NCBI GenBank assembly: GCA_018304385.1
Contig: JAGVWJ010000007.1
Span: forward strand, 1 to 38,317
Length of the DNA: 38,317 nucleotides
DNA from: Candidatus Micrarchaeota archaeon
GTDB taxonomy: Archaea > Micrarchaeota > Micrarchaeia > Anstonellales > Bilamarchaeaceae
Direction of reading: 5' to 3'
Below, piece after piece: positions 26,596-34,743 of this stretch (its first letter is position 1; each line of letters begins with the position of its first letter). Below the pieces are notes generated by a model. It was not told where the DNA came from. It searched no databases and saw nothing but the letters and a program-made list of their open reading frames with translations. The position numbers and the translations under genes are program-made.

Positions 26596-27189
26596 TTAAA
26601 TTAAATGTTTTATTAACTCTTTATTATAGTCCACATCATCTATCTTCTTCTTTTTCCCTTTAATTACATTAATTATTTCTACTACACATTTATTTAAATT
26701 TCTCTTTGCAGTATCAAGCTCTATTATTTTGGGTTTTTTATAATTTTTTCTAGCCAGTTGGGTGCAATAATCAAGCATCTCTGCAAGCAAATTTTCATCT
26801 ATTTTCTCTTTGGGATATTTTCTTTTTTGTAATCTTTTTCTTAGTATTTTTGGATTACATCTAAGAACAAATACAAATTTTGCAGGTAAATGCATTTCAC
26901 ATGCTAAATGCCCTTCAATAATGATATTATTTTTCGGCTTTTCTAATTCTTTTATTATTGCTTTTTTTAATTTATCTACATCAACAATTCTTTCGCCTTT
27001 TTCGATGTTAAAGAAATCCCGTTCTTTAACAGTTAGAAATCGATTTGTCGATTTCTTGATTTTGTAAAGCGATTTATTCGTATCAACAATTTTTTTTATT
27101 TCAATTAACGTATATCCAAGTTTCTTAGCAACCGCTCTAGCAATAACCGTTTTTCCAGTCCCAGGTGTCCCAGTTACTATGATCTGCAT
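26596..27189 (-). CDS. AK6/Fap7-type adenylate kinase
   Basis: Walker A TGTPGTGKT, IEGHLA, VLRC.P..L..RL..RKY...KI.EN. Confidence 0.9.
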   Translation of the reverse strand: MQIIVTGTPGTGKTVIARAVAKKLGYTLIEIKKIVDTNKSLYKIKKSTNRFLTVKERDFFNIEKGERIVDVDKLKKAIIKELEKPKNNIIIEGHLACEMHLPAKFVFVLRCNPKILRKRLQKRKYPKEKIDENLLAEMLDYCTQLARKNYKKPKIIELDTAKRNLNKCVVEIINVIKGKKKKIDDVDYNKELIKHLI

Positions 27190-27222
27190 AAATATCTCAA
27201 GTCTAGCAAATTCTATGCCATT

Positions 27223-27630
27223 TTATTTATTTAATATTTTTAGGAATTCCTCTGGTGGAACGAATTTTATTCCTCTAAATTCCTTGAGCTTTAATAAATG
27301 TTTTGCATCGTATGTAACAATATAATCAACTCTGGTTTCTACAGCGCCATCTAAAACCTTATTATCTGGAGGGTAATCCTTTATTATATCTAAAGATTTG
27401 GTCGGAGAAACTATTTCCAAAAACTCAAGAAGTCTTTCAACTCTTTTATCTATCTCTTCTTCACTAAGATCGAAATCTCTTTTAAGTACGATACGATATT
27501 CCTGCAAAATTTCACTAGTAGTGAAACCTAAAATTTCACCATCTATTATCTTCATAGTTATTTGGTATGAACTTCCTTTCCAAAAAGAAGCAGAAACTAG
27601 AATATTTGTATCAAGAAAAACCCTAATCAT
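27223..27630 (-). CDS. PIN-domain toxin (VapC-like)
   Basis: VFLDTNILVSA, E...E, DPPDNK-like DYPPDNKVLDGA, YIVTYD.KHLL. Confidence 0.92.
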   Translation of the reverse strand: MIRVFLDTNILVSASFWKGSSYQITMKIIDGEILGFTTSEILQEYRIVLKRDFDLSEEEIDKRVERLLEFLEIVSPTKSLDIIKDYPPDNKVLDGAVETRVDYIVTYDAKHLLKLKEFRGIKFVPPEEFLKILNK

Positions 27631-27632
27631 AA

Positions 27633-27821
27633 CTAACGCCGCGTCTTCTGTGAATTTAGCTCTTCTTTTGTTGGCTTATGTACCTTCTTTAGCATTATAG
27701 TGTCACCAGTTCCAAAAACAGCAAATACAGTTCCCTCATTCGCATTAACTTCTTTGCGGATATCGAGAGGAATTACTATTTGACCCTTTGAAGTCATATG
27801 TGTTAATTCTACATCAGACAT
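27633..27821 (-). CDS. AbrB/SpoVT-family antitoxin, possibly internally deleted
   Basis: TSKGQIVIP.DIRK....EG..F motif; directly upstream of the PIN gene. Confidence 0.85.
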   Translation of the reverse strand: MSDVELTHMTSKGQIVIPLDIRKEVNANEGTVFAVFGTGDTIMLKKVHKPTKEELNSQKTRR

Positions 27822-27912
27822 TTTATCACCTGTACTATATTCTTACTTTCTTACTTTATAAATCTATCTGTAGTAGCTTATAACTCATAACCAATTACCA
27901 ACAACCCAAAAC

Positions 27913-28239
27913 TTACAACTTCCGTACTAGCATCTGAAAATATTTCTTAGCAGCTAAAAGAGTTTCGTCTCCTTTCTTTGTAAGTGTATAATATTTTCTT
28001 CGTTCTTCAAACTCAGATTTTATCAAGCCTTCATTTTCCAGCTTATAAAGAACAATATATATCATAATCTTATTTGGCTTAAAAGAAAAGAGCTTCTCTA
28101 TTTGTTTATCTAACGCATAAGCATAAATTTTTTTATTTTTCCTTATTAGCGTTAAGATATAGATCCAGAGATTCCCATAGGTTAACAGATGTTTAAGTCG
28201 TTTTATTGGCTTAGTAGTAACTATTGTTTCTTGCCTCAT
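27913..28239 (-). CDS. PadR-family transcriptional regulator
   Basis: IYAYAL, IYIVLYKLENEGLIKS...RRKYYTLTKKG motifs. Confidence 0.9.
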   Translation of the reverse strand: MRQETIVTTKPIKRLKHLLTYGNLWIYILTLIRKNKKIYAYALDKQIEKLFSFKPNKIMIYIVLYKLENEGLIKSEFEERRKYYTLTKKGDETLLAAKKYFQMLVRKL

Positions 28240-28301
28240 GCTTACCGTCTCAAGCTTATTATAAAGCTAAGGTATTTATAATTTCTTTTTTATATAAAAC
28301 C

Positions 28302-29480
28302 ATGCGAATAAGCGTGTTGCTGCTATCGTTACTGCTTTTATTCTCTACCTCATTTGCTCTAAGTCTTACTGATATCCCATTAGTCCTTCCTGTTGTAATT
28401 GTAATTGTAGCAGGTGTTTTAGCAATAGCTTATTCACTAAGTCAAACACTTAACAGGCCGCAATTGCATGCATGGGTTAAAACAGAACTAAGGGAGCTAG
28501 TAGTTGCCGCGATATTATTCGCTATTGTAATTGGATTTTTTAGTGGTGGCGCGCAATCTATTATTTTTTTAATTACAGGTGAGGCTGATTATTATGTTGG
28601 CGGTAAGGAATTTGTTTCTGATATGAAGACTGTCATTACAGATTCGTATAGTGATCTTACCAAGGTTTTTCATAGCGTTGGTATGCGAGCTGCATTCTCA
28701 ACAAATATTGCGTTTCCAATTTTTTATTCATCAGGAACTGTGGGTGGTTCTCCATCTTCTGGTTTCGGGGCTTTTTTTACATTTTTATCCCCAGCAGCAA
28801 GTAATCTTACAAACACGTTATTTTTCTACACTGCATTAGAGGTTTTGCTAGATTTTTTTCATGCAGTAGGTTATAATTTAATCTATCTGGCATTTGCATT
28901 TCGTTTTATCCCATTTACACGCCAGCTAGGAAGTACACTTGTTGCACTTGTCATTGGTGCATATGTAATCTATCCATTTTCTTTAGTGCTTGTAAAAGGA
29001 TTTCATAATGTTATAGATGTTCCAAGCCCTAATGTGCCTGCAAGCGTGTTTGATGAGCTGGAGTTTATATTTCCACCAGGTGCATATTTTGTATGTAATG
29101 AATGGTGGATTAGAGTTATTGTTGCAACTTTAGGAGAGTACGTACTTATATTGCCAATATGCATACCAATATCAATAGCTTCGCTTGGCGTGTTATGGGA
29201 ACCTTGTAATTGGCTAGTAGCTATTATATATAATATTCTTATCCTTGCAATGACTCTTGTATGGGCTGGGATGGTTTTGGCATCAACTTTTGTTTCACCT
29301 AACATAGCTCCGGTTTTTGAAGGCCTGAAACCGTTTTTATCAGATGTTACAGGTCTTGTAGTTGTCAGTGTCATAGATGCGATAATTATCTCTGTTATAA
29401 CAATAGTTGGTGTAAAGAGCATTTCCTCTGCGCTTGGTGGAGAGTATATGCTTCCAGGTGTGCAAAAAATGGTTGGTTGA
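28302..29480 (+). CDS. Polytopic membrane protein, paralog 1 of 6 (VirB6/TrbL-like core, tentative)
   Basis: Signal peptide; PQLHAWVKTELREL; FRFIPFTRQLGSTLVAL...YVIYP; C-terminal SALGGEYMLPGVQKMVG. Confidence 0.85.
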   Translation: MRISVLLLSLLLLFSTSFALSLTDIPLVLPVVIVIVAGVLAIAYSLSQTLNRPQLHAWVKTELRELVVAAILFAIVIGFFSGGAQSIIFLITGEADYYVGGKEFVSDMKTVITDSYSDLTKVFHSVGMRAAFSTNIAFPIFYSSGTVGGSPSSGFGAFFTFLSPAASNLTNTLFFYTALEVLLDFFHAVGYNLIYLAFAFRFIPFTRQLGSTLVALVIGAYVIYPFSLVLVKGFHNVIDVPSPNVPASVFDELEFIFPPGAYFVCNEWWIRVIVATLGEYVLILPICIPISIASLGVLWEPCNWLVAIIYNILILAMTLVWAGMVLASTFVSPNIAPVFEGLKPFLSDVTGLVVVSVIDAIIISVITIVGVKSISSALGGEYMLPGVQKMVG

Positions 29481-29481
29481 C

Positions 29482-30492
29482 ATGATGCTTAAAAAATTAT
29501 TTTTCATTTTGTTTTTTGTTTCTTTTTCATATGCAGCAGCGTGCGTTCAAAATACATTTGAGGACATTATGAATACCAGCATGGGCAGTTATATTGCAGT
29601 TGCATTTGCATTTACCATTTTAGTTGTTGTTATTGCCTATTTCTTAGGTACGACATTTAATGAGGCTAGCTTCCTCGTTTTCTACAAGGATGAGTTGTTT
29701 CATTTATTTTTTTCTGCCATTCTTTTAAGTAGCGTGGTTGGCATCATGTTTTTTTCATGCAACGTCATTTCAGGTTTTCTTGATTTTGTCCTTGAAGACA
29801 GGCCTGGCGATGCGCAGGATTTTTTTGCTGAGAGTACTAGGACAGCAGGATCAAAATTGAGTGCATGTTACACTGGATTAGAAAGTCCCCAAGATATTGC
29901 GCTCTGCTACTTTCAAAAAATAGAGCAGGAAACAAGGGCTCTTGTAAAAAATTCAATGAGGCAGAGCATAGACAATGAAATGCGTTCAACGCTTGTTGTA
30001 ACGGTTTCAACACCAGTTACTGGCAGTGTTTCATTGCCTGTAGGTGCATATAAGCGCACCTATGGTTCGCAGTATGAAATGATATATACTAACTTTGCCA
30101 TGCCCGCGCTGATTAGCATAAGCATGCAGAGGGTGCTAATAACATTTGCAGTGGATTTTGCTAGGTTTTTGCTTCCTGTAGCATTTTTCCTAAGGATTCT
30201 TCCAATGACACGTACAATGGGTAATTTTTTTATTGCAGTTTCAATAGCACTCTATATAATAATCCCAGTTTTCTATGCGTTAATGGGTATTATGGATGAG
30301 GCGGTTCTTCCTAGTTGCATACAGTATGAAGAAATGATAACAGACACGGTTGCTGGTGATTGCAATACAAGTACAAGCTTTTGGCTTGTTGCGCGTGCAA
30401 TACCGCAAGCATTCTTTTTGCCGAATTTAATGCTCGCACTAATAATAACATTTTTATCAGCGATTAATAAGGCGTTGAGGGTGATTGGTTAG
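29482..30492 (+). CDS. Polytopic membrane protein, paralog 2 of 6
   Basis: FLVFYKDELFHL; LRILPMTRTMGNFFIA...YIIIP. Confidence 0.85.
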   Translation: MMLKKLFFILFFVSFSYAAACVQNTFEDIMNTSMGSYIAVAFAFTILVVVIAYFLGTTFNEASFLVFYKDELFHLFFSAILLSSVVGIMFFSCNVISGFLDFVLEDRPGDAQDFFAESTRTAGSKLSACYTGLESPQDIALCYFQKIEQETRALVKNSMRQSIDNEMRSTLVVTVSTPVTGSVSLPVGAYKRTYGSQYEMIYTNFAMPALISISMQRVLITFAVDFARFLLPVAFFLRILPMTRTMGNFFIAVSIALYIIIPVFYALMGIMDEAVLPSCIQYEEMITDTVAGDCNTSTSFWLVARAIPQAFFLPNLMLALIITFLSAINKALRVIG

Positions 30493-30493
30493 T

Positions 30494-32437
30494 ATGACTA
30501 AAAATATCAAGAATTATAATAAACTTCTTATCTTCGCGATGCTAATAATACTATCATCCATATTAACCGCTCAATCATTTGTTGATGAGGCTACAGCAGC
30601 ATCAACCTACGAGCTTGCCAAGGACTGGCGTGTTATATCAATGCTTTTCACCATGTTAAGTATTATTTTCATTGCATTAGCCTATATGTTTGGCCAGGGT
30701 TTTAATATACCTGAACTAAAGGCATGGGCATCAACAGAAATGACGCAGGCAGTAGTTACTGCAATAATAATACTAACGTTTACTGGGGTTATAACATTTT
30801 TGGATTTAATGGTTGCCGAAATAGTTAATAATTCTTTTCTTGGTTTTACTTGTGCAGGCGCAAGTGTATGTGCAATAACAACAGCAGAGCAATACCTATC
30901 TGGTATGATTGATACTGCAGAGGATCAGACAAAGAGTATTTTGCAGCAGTATGCTGATACATCAAGAACTGCTGCAGTAAGAGAAGGTGCGTCAGCAACG
31001 CCATTAATAAAACCCATCCCTCTTTTACAAGCATCTCTTTCTGGTTCTATTACTGCAGGATATTTAATGGATGCAGAGAGGTATCAATCTGTTCTTGAAC
31101 ATCTAGTGAATCTGCTTTCATCAATGTATGCACAACAATTTTTCGTTAAAGAAATTTCATTCAAGCTCGCCCCTATAATCATGGCCATGGGCATTGTTGC
31201 ACGATCATTTTTCATAACAAGAAAGCTTGGCGGTTTATTAATTGCGATAGGTGTAGGGACAATGTTTGTTTTTCCTTTGATGTATGTGTTTAATTGGCTA
31301 ACACTAAACGTTGCGTTGTATGGAGATTCTGTAATAACACCGGCTGGTGGTGTATGTCCTGCAACATGTTTGTTAACTGCACCTAAGTTTTATAGTGGCA
31401 CAACTCCAATCTATTCTAAGGCGGATTTGTATACATTTTTTGGGCTCTCTGAAGATCCAAATGGTGATGGAGACACAAGGGACAGCGAAATAACTGATGA
31501 AATAGTTGAAAATGTTGAAAAGTTGGCCAGGGGTGAAGTAATCGATTCATACACAAGCCCTAAGAATGGAAGGACTGCATCTTCCTGTGAGACTACAGCT
31601 CATGTTGGGAGTGGATATTGTCCGATTGAATGTCGTGAATTGCCATATCCATTGTCTACTACTTGTAACCCAATGCCTGAGATTCAGGAGCCAGAGGAGG
31701 GTCAACCTGAGGCATCATTTGTTAATGATGCAACACCAGATACAAGAATTGCATGCGATAGTATGCCTTCTGCCTGTAAAATAATAAGATATGTTAATCC
31801 TTATGATCCTTACTTTGAAGGTGCCCCTACTGATGCTACACTCCAATTATATGATAATTATGCTAGATATAGTGAAGATTGCAAAAGAGAGTGTAGAATA
31901 GTACCTCCGTTAAAAACAAATTGTGCAACTGGAGATAGCCTTCATTGCCCACTGGAAAAAGATTATTGCAAATATTCATGGAAGGATAATCTTAATGCAA
32001 GACCACCGGGTTGTGGTGTAGCTTTAGGTCCAAATGGTGGTCCTCCAGTTATAGCAAAGGCATGCGAAGCATCTTTTACAGCAATAGAATCTTGTACATA
32101 TGTACTTCCAAGAAGGGATGCACTTGATCAGCATGAATGTGATACTTGTTTATTAATTCCTGATCCATACAAATATGATCCTCCAATATATAAGAATTGT
32201 GCTGATCTCTGCAGGGGTTCACCAGCAGGTCCGCCAAGGATAAGCCCAGGAGAGTTTGCAAAAAAATCAGCAGAAGGCATGGTTGGAAAACCTGAGATAA
32301 AGGTAGCAGCATCATTGGTTCTTCCTGCCTATGTTTTACCTATTTTAAATATTACTGTTACTTTGATGTTCATAAGATCACTATCTCAAATACTTGGTGG
32401 GGATATTGAGATACCAGGGGTGAGTAAGATATTATGA
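30494..32437 (+). CDS. Polytopic membrane protein, paralog 3 of 6, with Cys-rich insertion
   Basis: PELKAWASTEMTQAV; ARSFFITRKLGGLLIA...FVFP; insertion with 20 Cys; C-terminal ILGGDIEIPGVSKIL. Confidence 0.87.
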   Translation: MTKNIKNYNKLLIFAMLIILSSILTAQSFVDEATAASTYELAKDWRVISMLFTMLSIIFIALAYMFGQGFNIPELKAWASTEMTQAVVTAIIILTFTGVITFLDLMVAEIVNNSFLGFTCAGASVCAITTAEQYLSGMIDTAEDQTKSILQQYADTSRTAAVREGASATPLIKPIPLLQASLSGSITAGYLMDAERYQSVLEHLVNLLSSMYAQQFFVKEISFKLAPIIMAMGIVARSFFITRKLGGLLIAIGVGTMFVFPLMYVFNWLTLNVALYGDSVITPAGGVCPATCLLTAPKFYSGTTPIYSKADLYTFFGLSEDPNGDGDTRDSEITDEIVENVEKLARGEVIDSYTSPKNGRTASSCETTAHVGSGYCPIECRELPYPLSTTCNPMPEIQEPEEGQPEASFVNDATPDTRIACDSMPSACKIIRYVNPYDPYFEGAPTDATLQLYDNYARYSEDCKRECRIVPPLKTNCATGDSLHCPLEKDYCKYSWKDNLNARPPGCGVALGPNGGPPVIAKACEASFTAIESCTYVLPRRDALDQHECDTCLLIPDPYKYDPPIYKNCADLCRGSPAGPPRISPGEFAKKSAEGMVGKPEIKVAASLVLPAYVLPILNITVTLMFIRSLSQILGGDIEIPGVSKIL

Positions 32438-33408
32438 AGTTAGTATTATTGATGTTTTTACTATTGCAATTCGCATCACTTGCATTTGCCCAGCAGTGGC
32501 TAAGTACATCTGCTATTGCAATAGTTACCTCAGTTGGTATTCTAGCACTAATTTATGCAATAGGTATAGGCCTTAATTCAGATGATTTAAAGTTTCTTAG
32601 TTCTGAGGAGCTGTATCAAACACTGGTTACTATTGTCATGATTAGTGTTGTTCTTGGTGCAGAGAATTTTTTAAATGCATTCTCTGCAAGCCTTGAACTT
32701 GGTGATAATTTACAGGATGCCTCTTTGGGTATAATGACTAGTACCATAGACAAACATTCATCTTTATTCAATAATCTTAAGACTTTTTCAAAGGATCTTG
32801 GCAAAGAAGCATCAGAAGGCATGTATTGCAGTTGGCAAGGTATGGGATTTAATACTGCAGCGTGCAGCTCTTTTCGTTCACTAGCGCCAGCAACATCACT
32901 TTCAATGCAAACACTTTCGCTCTCTGTTGCTGAGCTTGGTTCAGTGCATACGTTGCTTAATTTCGGAAAGAGCTATTCATTTACTCTTTTGCTTCCATTA
33001 GGTATTTTATTAAGAACCTTTAGGTTTAGCAGAGGTGCCGGCGGTTTATTTTTAGGTCTTGCTGTATCGCTTTATTTATTTACTCCCTTATCAGTTATAT
33101 TTATGAATATACTAATTTCATCTGACCCAGTTGGATTAGCTGCAGTGCCTCCATTGCCTACGCCAAGTTGCAATGTTTTTGCTTATGCAAATGCTCTCGG
33201 AGAGTTTGATTATGAGAATGTTGATACAGTAAACAGCCTTTTTGCAGACATGAAAAGTACATACCTGCCAAGATATCTTTATGCGTTTTTGATTAATGGT
33301 ACACTGAATACCATAGTTATTTTACTTACATTTATTGCATCATTAAGATGGGTATCAAAATTAGCAGGTGCAGATGTTGATATATCTGCATTGGCGAGGT
33401 TAGCGTGA
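32434..33408 (+). CDS. Polytopic membrane protein, paralog 4 of 6
   Basis: DLKFLSSEELYQTL; LRTFRFSRGAGGLFLG...YLFTP; C-terminal LAGADVDISALARLA; ATGA overlap with paralog 3. Confidence 0.85.
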   Translation: MKLVLLMFLLLQFASLAFAQQWLSTSAIAIVTSVGILALIYAIGIGLNSDDLKFLSSEELYQTLVTIVMISVVLGAENFLNAFSASLELGDNLQDASLGIMTSTIDKHSSLFNNLKTFSKDLGKEASEGMYCSWQGMGFNTAACSSFRSLAPATSLSMQTLSLSVAELGSVHTLLNFGKSYSFTLLLPLGILLRTFRFSRGAGGLFLGLAVSLYLFTPLSVIFMNILISSDPVGLAAVPPLPTPSCNVFAYANALGEFDYENVDTVNSLFADMKSTYLPRYLYAFLINGTLNTIVILLTFIASLRWVSKLAGADVDISALARLA

Positions 33409-33416
33409 TATGATTG

Positions 33417-33485
33417 GTTATGAGTTTGTAGTTATAAGTTTTGGGTTACGCGTAAACTCACTACTCAAAACTCACAACTCAAAAC
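33417..33485. repeat. Heptamer-built imperfect inverted repeat
   Basis: GTTATGA GTTTGTA GTTATAA GTTTTGG, central palindrome TTACGCGTAA, then the reverse-complement units (AAACTC, ACTACTC, AAAACTC, ACAACTC, AAAAC). Confidence 0.8.
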
Positions 33486-33496
33486 AGTGATTAAAC

Positions 33497-34576
33497 ATGG
33501 CAATAGAAACAATATGTAGTGGTGCTGCGACTGCGCTTATATATTCATCAATAATCCCAGCAGTTGCTATTAGTGCAGTGACAACTGCAATGATAATTGT
33601 ATTTGCTTATATGTATGGAAATACAACAAATAATCCCAAGGTGTTATTATGGGCAAAAACAGAGATAATGCAAGTGTTCATTTCAATTTCTACAGTTGCT
33701 ATACTTATCGGATTAATAAATTCATTTTGTAATATTAATGTTGATTCTGTACTCTCTTTATTTTCACTGCCTGGTGCTGGCGCAGTTCCTGGAGGGGTGA
33801 CTACTTTATATGATGGGGCAGAAAAATATCTTGTTGAGGCTGGAAAGTGGATTCATACATTAATGGCAGCAGCGCGTTATCATTTAGGTGGTTTTAACAT
33901 TCTTGAAGGTTATGGTCGATATTTATGTGAAGGTCCGGAAGGAACAGGATTACAGATAATATTTTGTATTTTTGGTAGTTCTATTGGTCTTGGGGGTGGT
34001 GCAGGTGTGAGCATGACGCCGGATTCAGGTTATGCATATATGGCACCAGCACTTTCAGTTTCTTTTAATGCACTTATTATATCTTACTTTTCTTCTTTAA
34101 ACTATTTATTTATTCTTAAATTTGTATACGGAGGGTTTATCTTCTTTTTCTTGCCACTAGGGGTATTTTTGCGTTCTATGCCATTTTTAAGGACATTTGG
34201 GTCACTCTTGATTAGTCTAACTATATGTTTTCTTGTTGTTTATCCATTAATTCTTTCTATATTCTATATCGATTTTCTTTCTCTAAGAGTACTTGCTCCA
34301 GATCTTGGCCCTTCTGGTGTTCTTTATTATTCCACTGCAGATATATCAAATGTAGTTGACGTTTGGGATGCTTTTGATACTGACGGTCTTTATAGCGATG
34401 TATTTGACTCAGGTGGTGATAAATCCTTGGAAATAATAAAACTTTCTGGGAATGCATTTTTGGTAGGCGTGTTTATTCCATCTCTTGCGATGCTTGCAAC
34501 ACTTGCAGCAGTATCTTATGTTAATAGATTCCTTGGTGAAGAAATAGATTTAAGTAGAATCGTACAGGTGATTTGA
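33497..34576 (+). CDS. Polytopic membrane protein, paralog 5 of 6
   Basis: PKVLLWAKTEIMQVF; LRSMPFLRTFGSLLIS...VVYP; C-terminal FLGEEIDLSRIVQVI. Confidence 0.85.
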   Translation: MAIETICSGAATALIYSSIIPAVAISAVTTAMIIVFAYMYGNTTNNPKVLLWAKTEIMQVFISISTVAILIGLINSFCNINVDSVLSLFSLPGAGAVPGGVTTLYDGAEKYLVEAGKWIHTLMAAARYHLGGFNILEGYGRYLCEGPEGTGLQIIFCIFGSSIGLGGGAGVSMTPDSGYAYMAPALSVSFNALIISYFSSLNYLFILKFVYGGFIFFFLPLGVFLRSMPFLRTFGSLLISLTICFLVVYPLILSIFYIDFLSLRVLAPDLGPSGVLYYSTADISNVVDVWDAFDTDGLYSDVFDSGGDKSLEIIKLSGNAFLVGVFIPSLAMLATLAAVSYVNRFLGEEIDLSRIVQVI

Positions 34577-34651
34577 GTATGAAGGTATTCAGCTTTGAGC
34601 AGTGGGCAGTGAGCAAGGTGTTGCTTCACTTGCATGAGAAAGGCACAAGAC

Positions 34652-34743
34652 TGCCGACGCAGCATAAGAGAACACAGGTCTGCGTCCCTATAGAGAATAT
34701 TAGTAGTACGACGAATATATAATAATGAGAAAATAGAAGGATG
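34652..34743 (+). repeat. Dispersed 93-nt hairpin element, copy 2 (92 nt)
   Basis: Stem GACGCAG (34656-34662) / CTGCGTC (34680-34686); the terminal ATG coincides with the start of paralog 6. Confidence 0.9.

Noticed and set aside
26596-27189. Short insertion in the AK6 kinase after the P-loop helix
   Set aside because: It falls in a variable NMP-binding region; cannot be called unusual without an alignment.
28224-28301. Upstream start for paralog 1 (likewise 29434, 30485, 15040, 13349)
   Set aside because: These overlap neighbouring genes or promoters; downstream ATGs give clean signal peptides and tight operon spacing.
10381-34743. The two 93-nt copies as a DGR template/variable repeat pair
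   Set aside because: Mismatches include C/T and G/T changes and are not confined to adenines of one copy; both copies are intergenic; no RT nearby.
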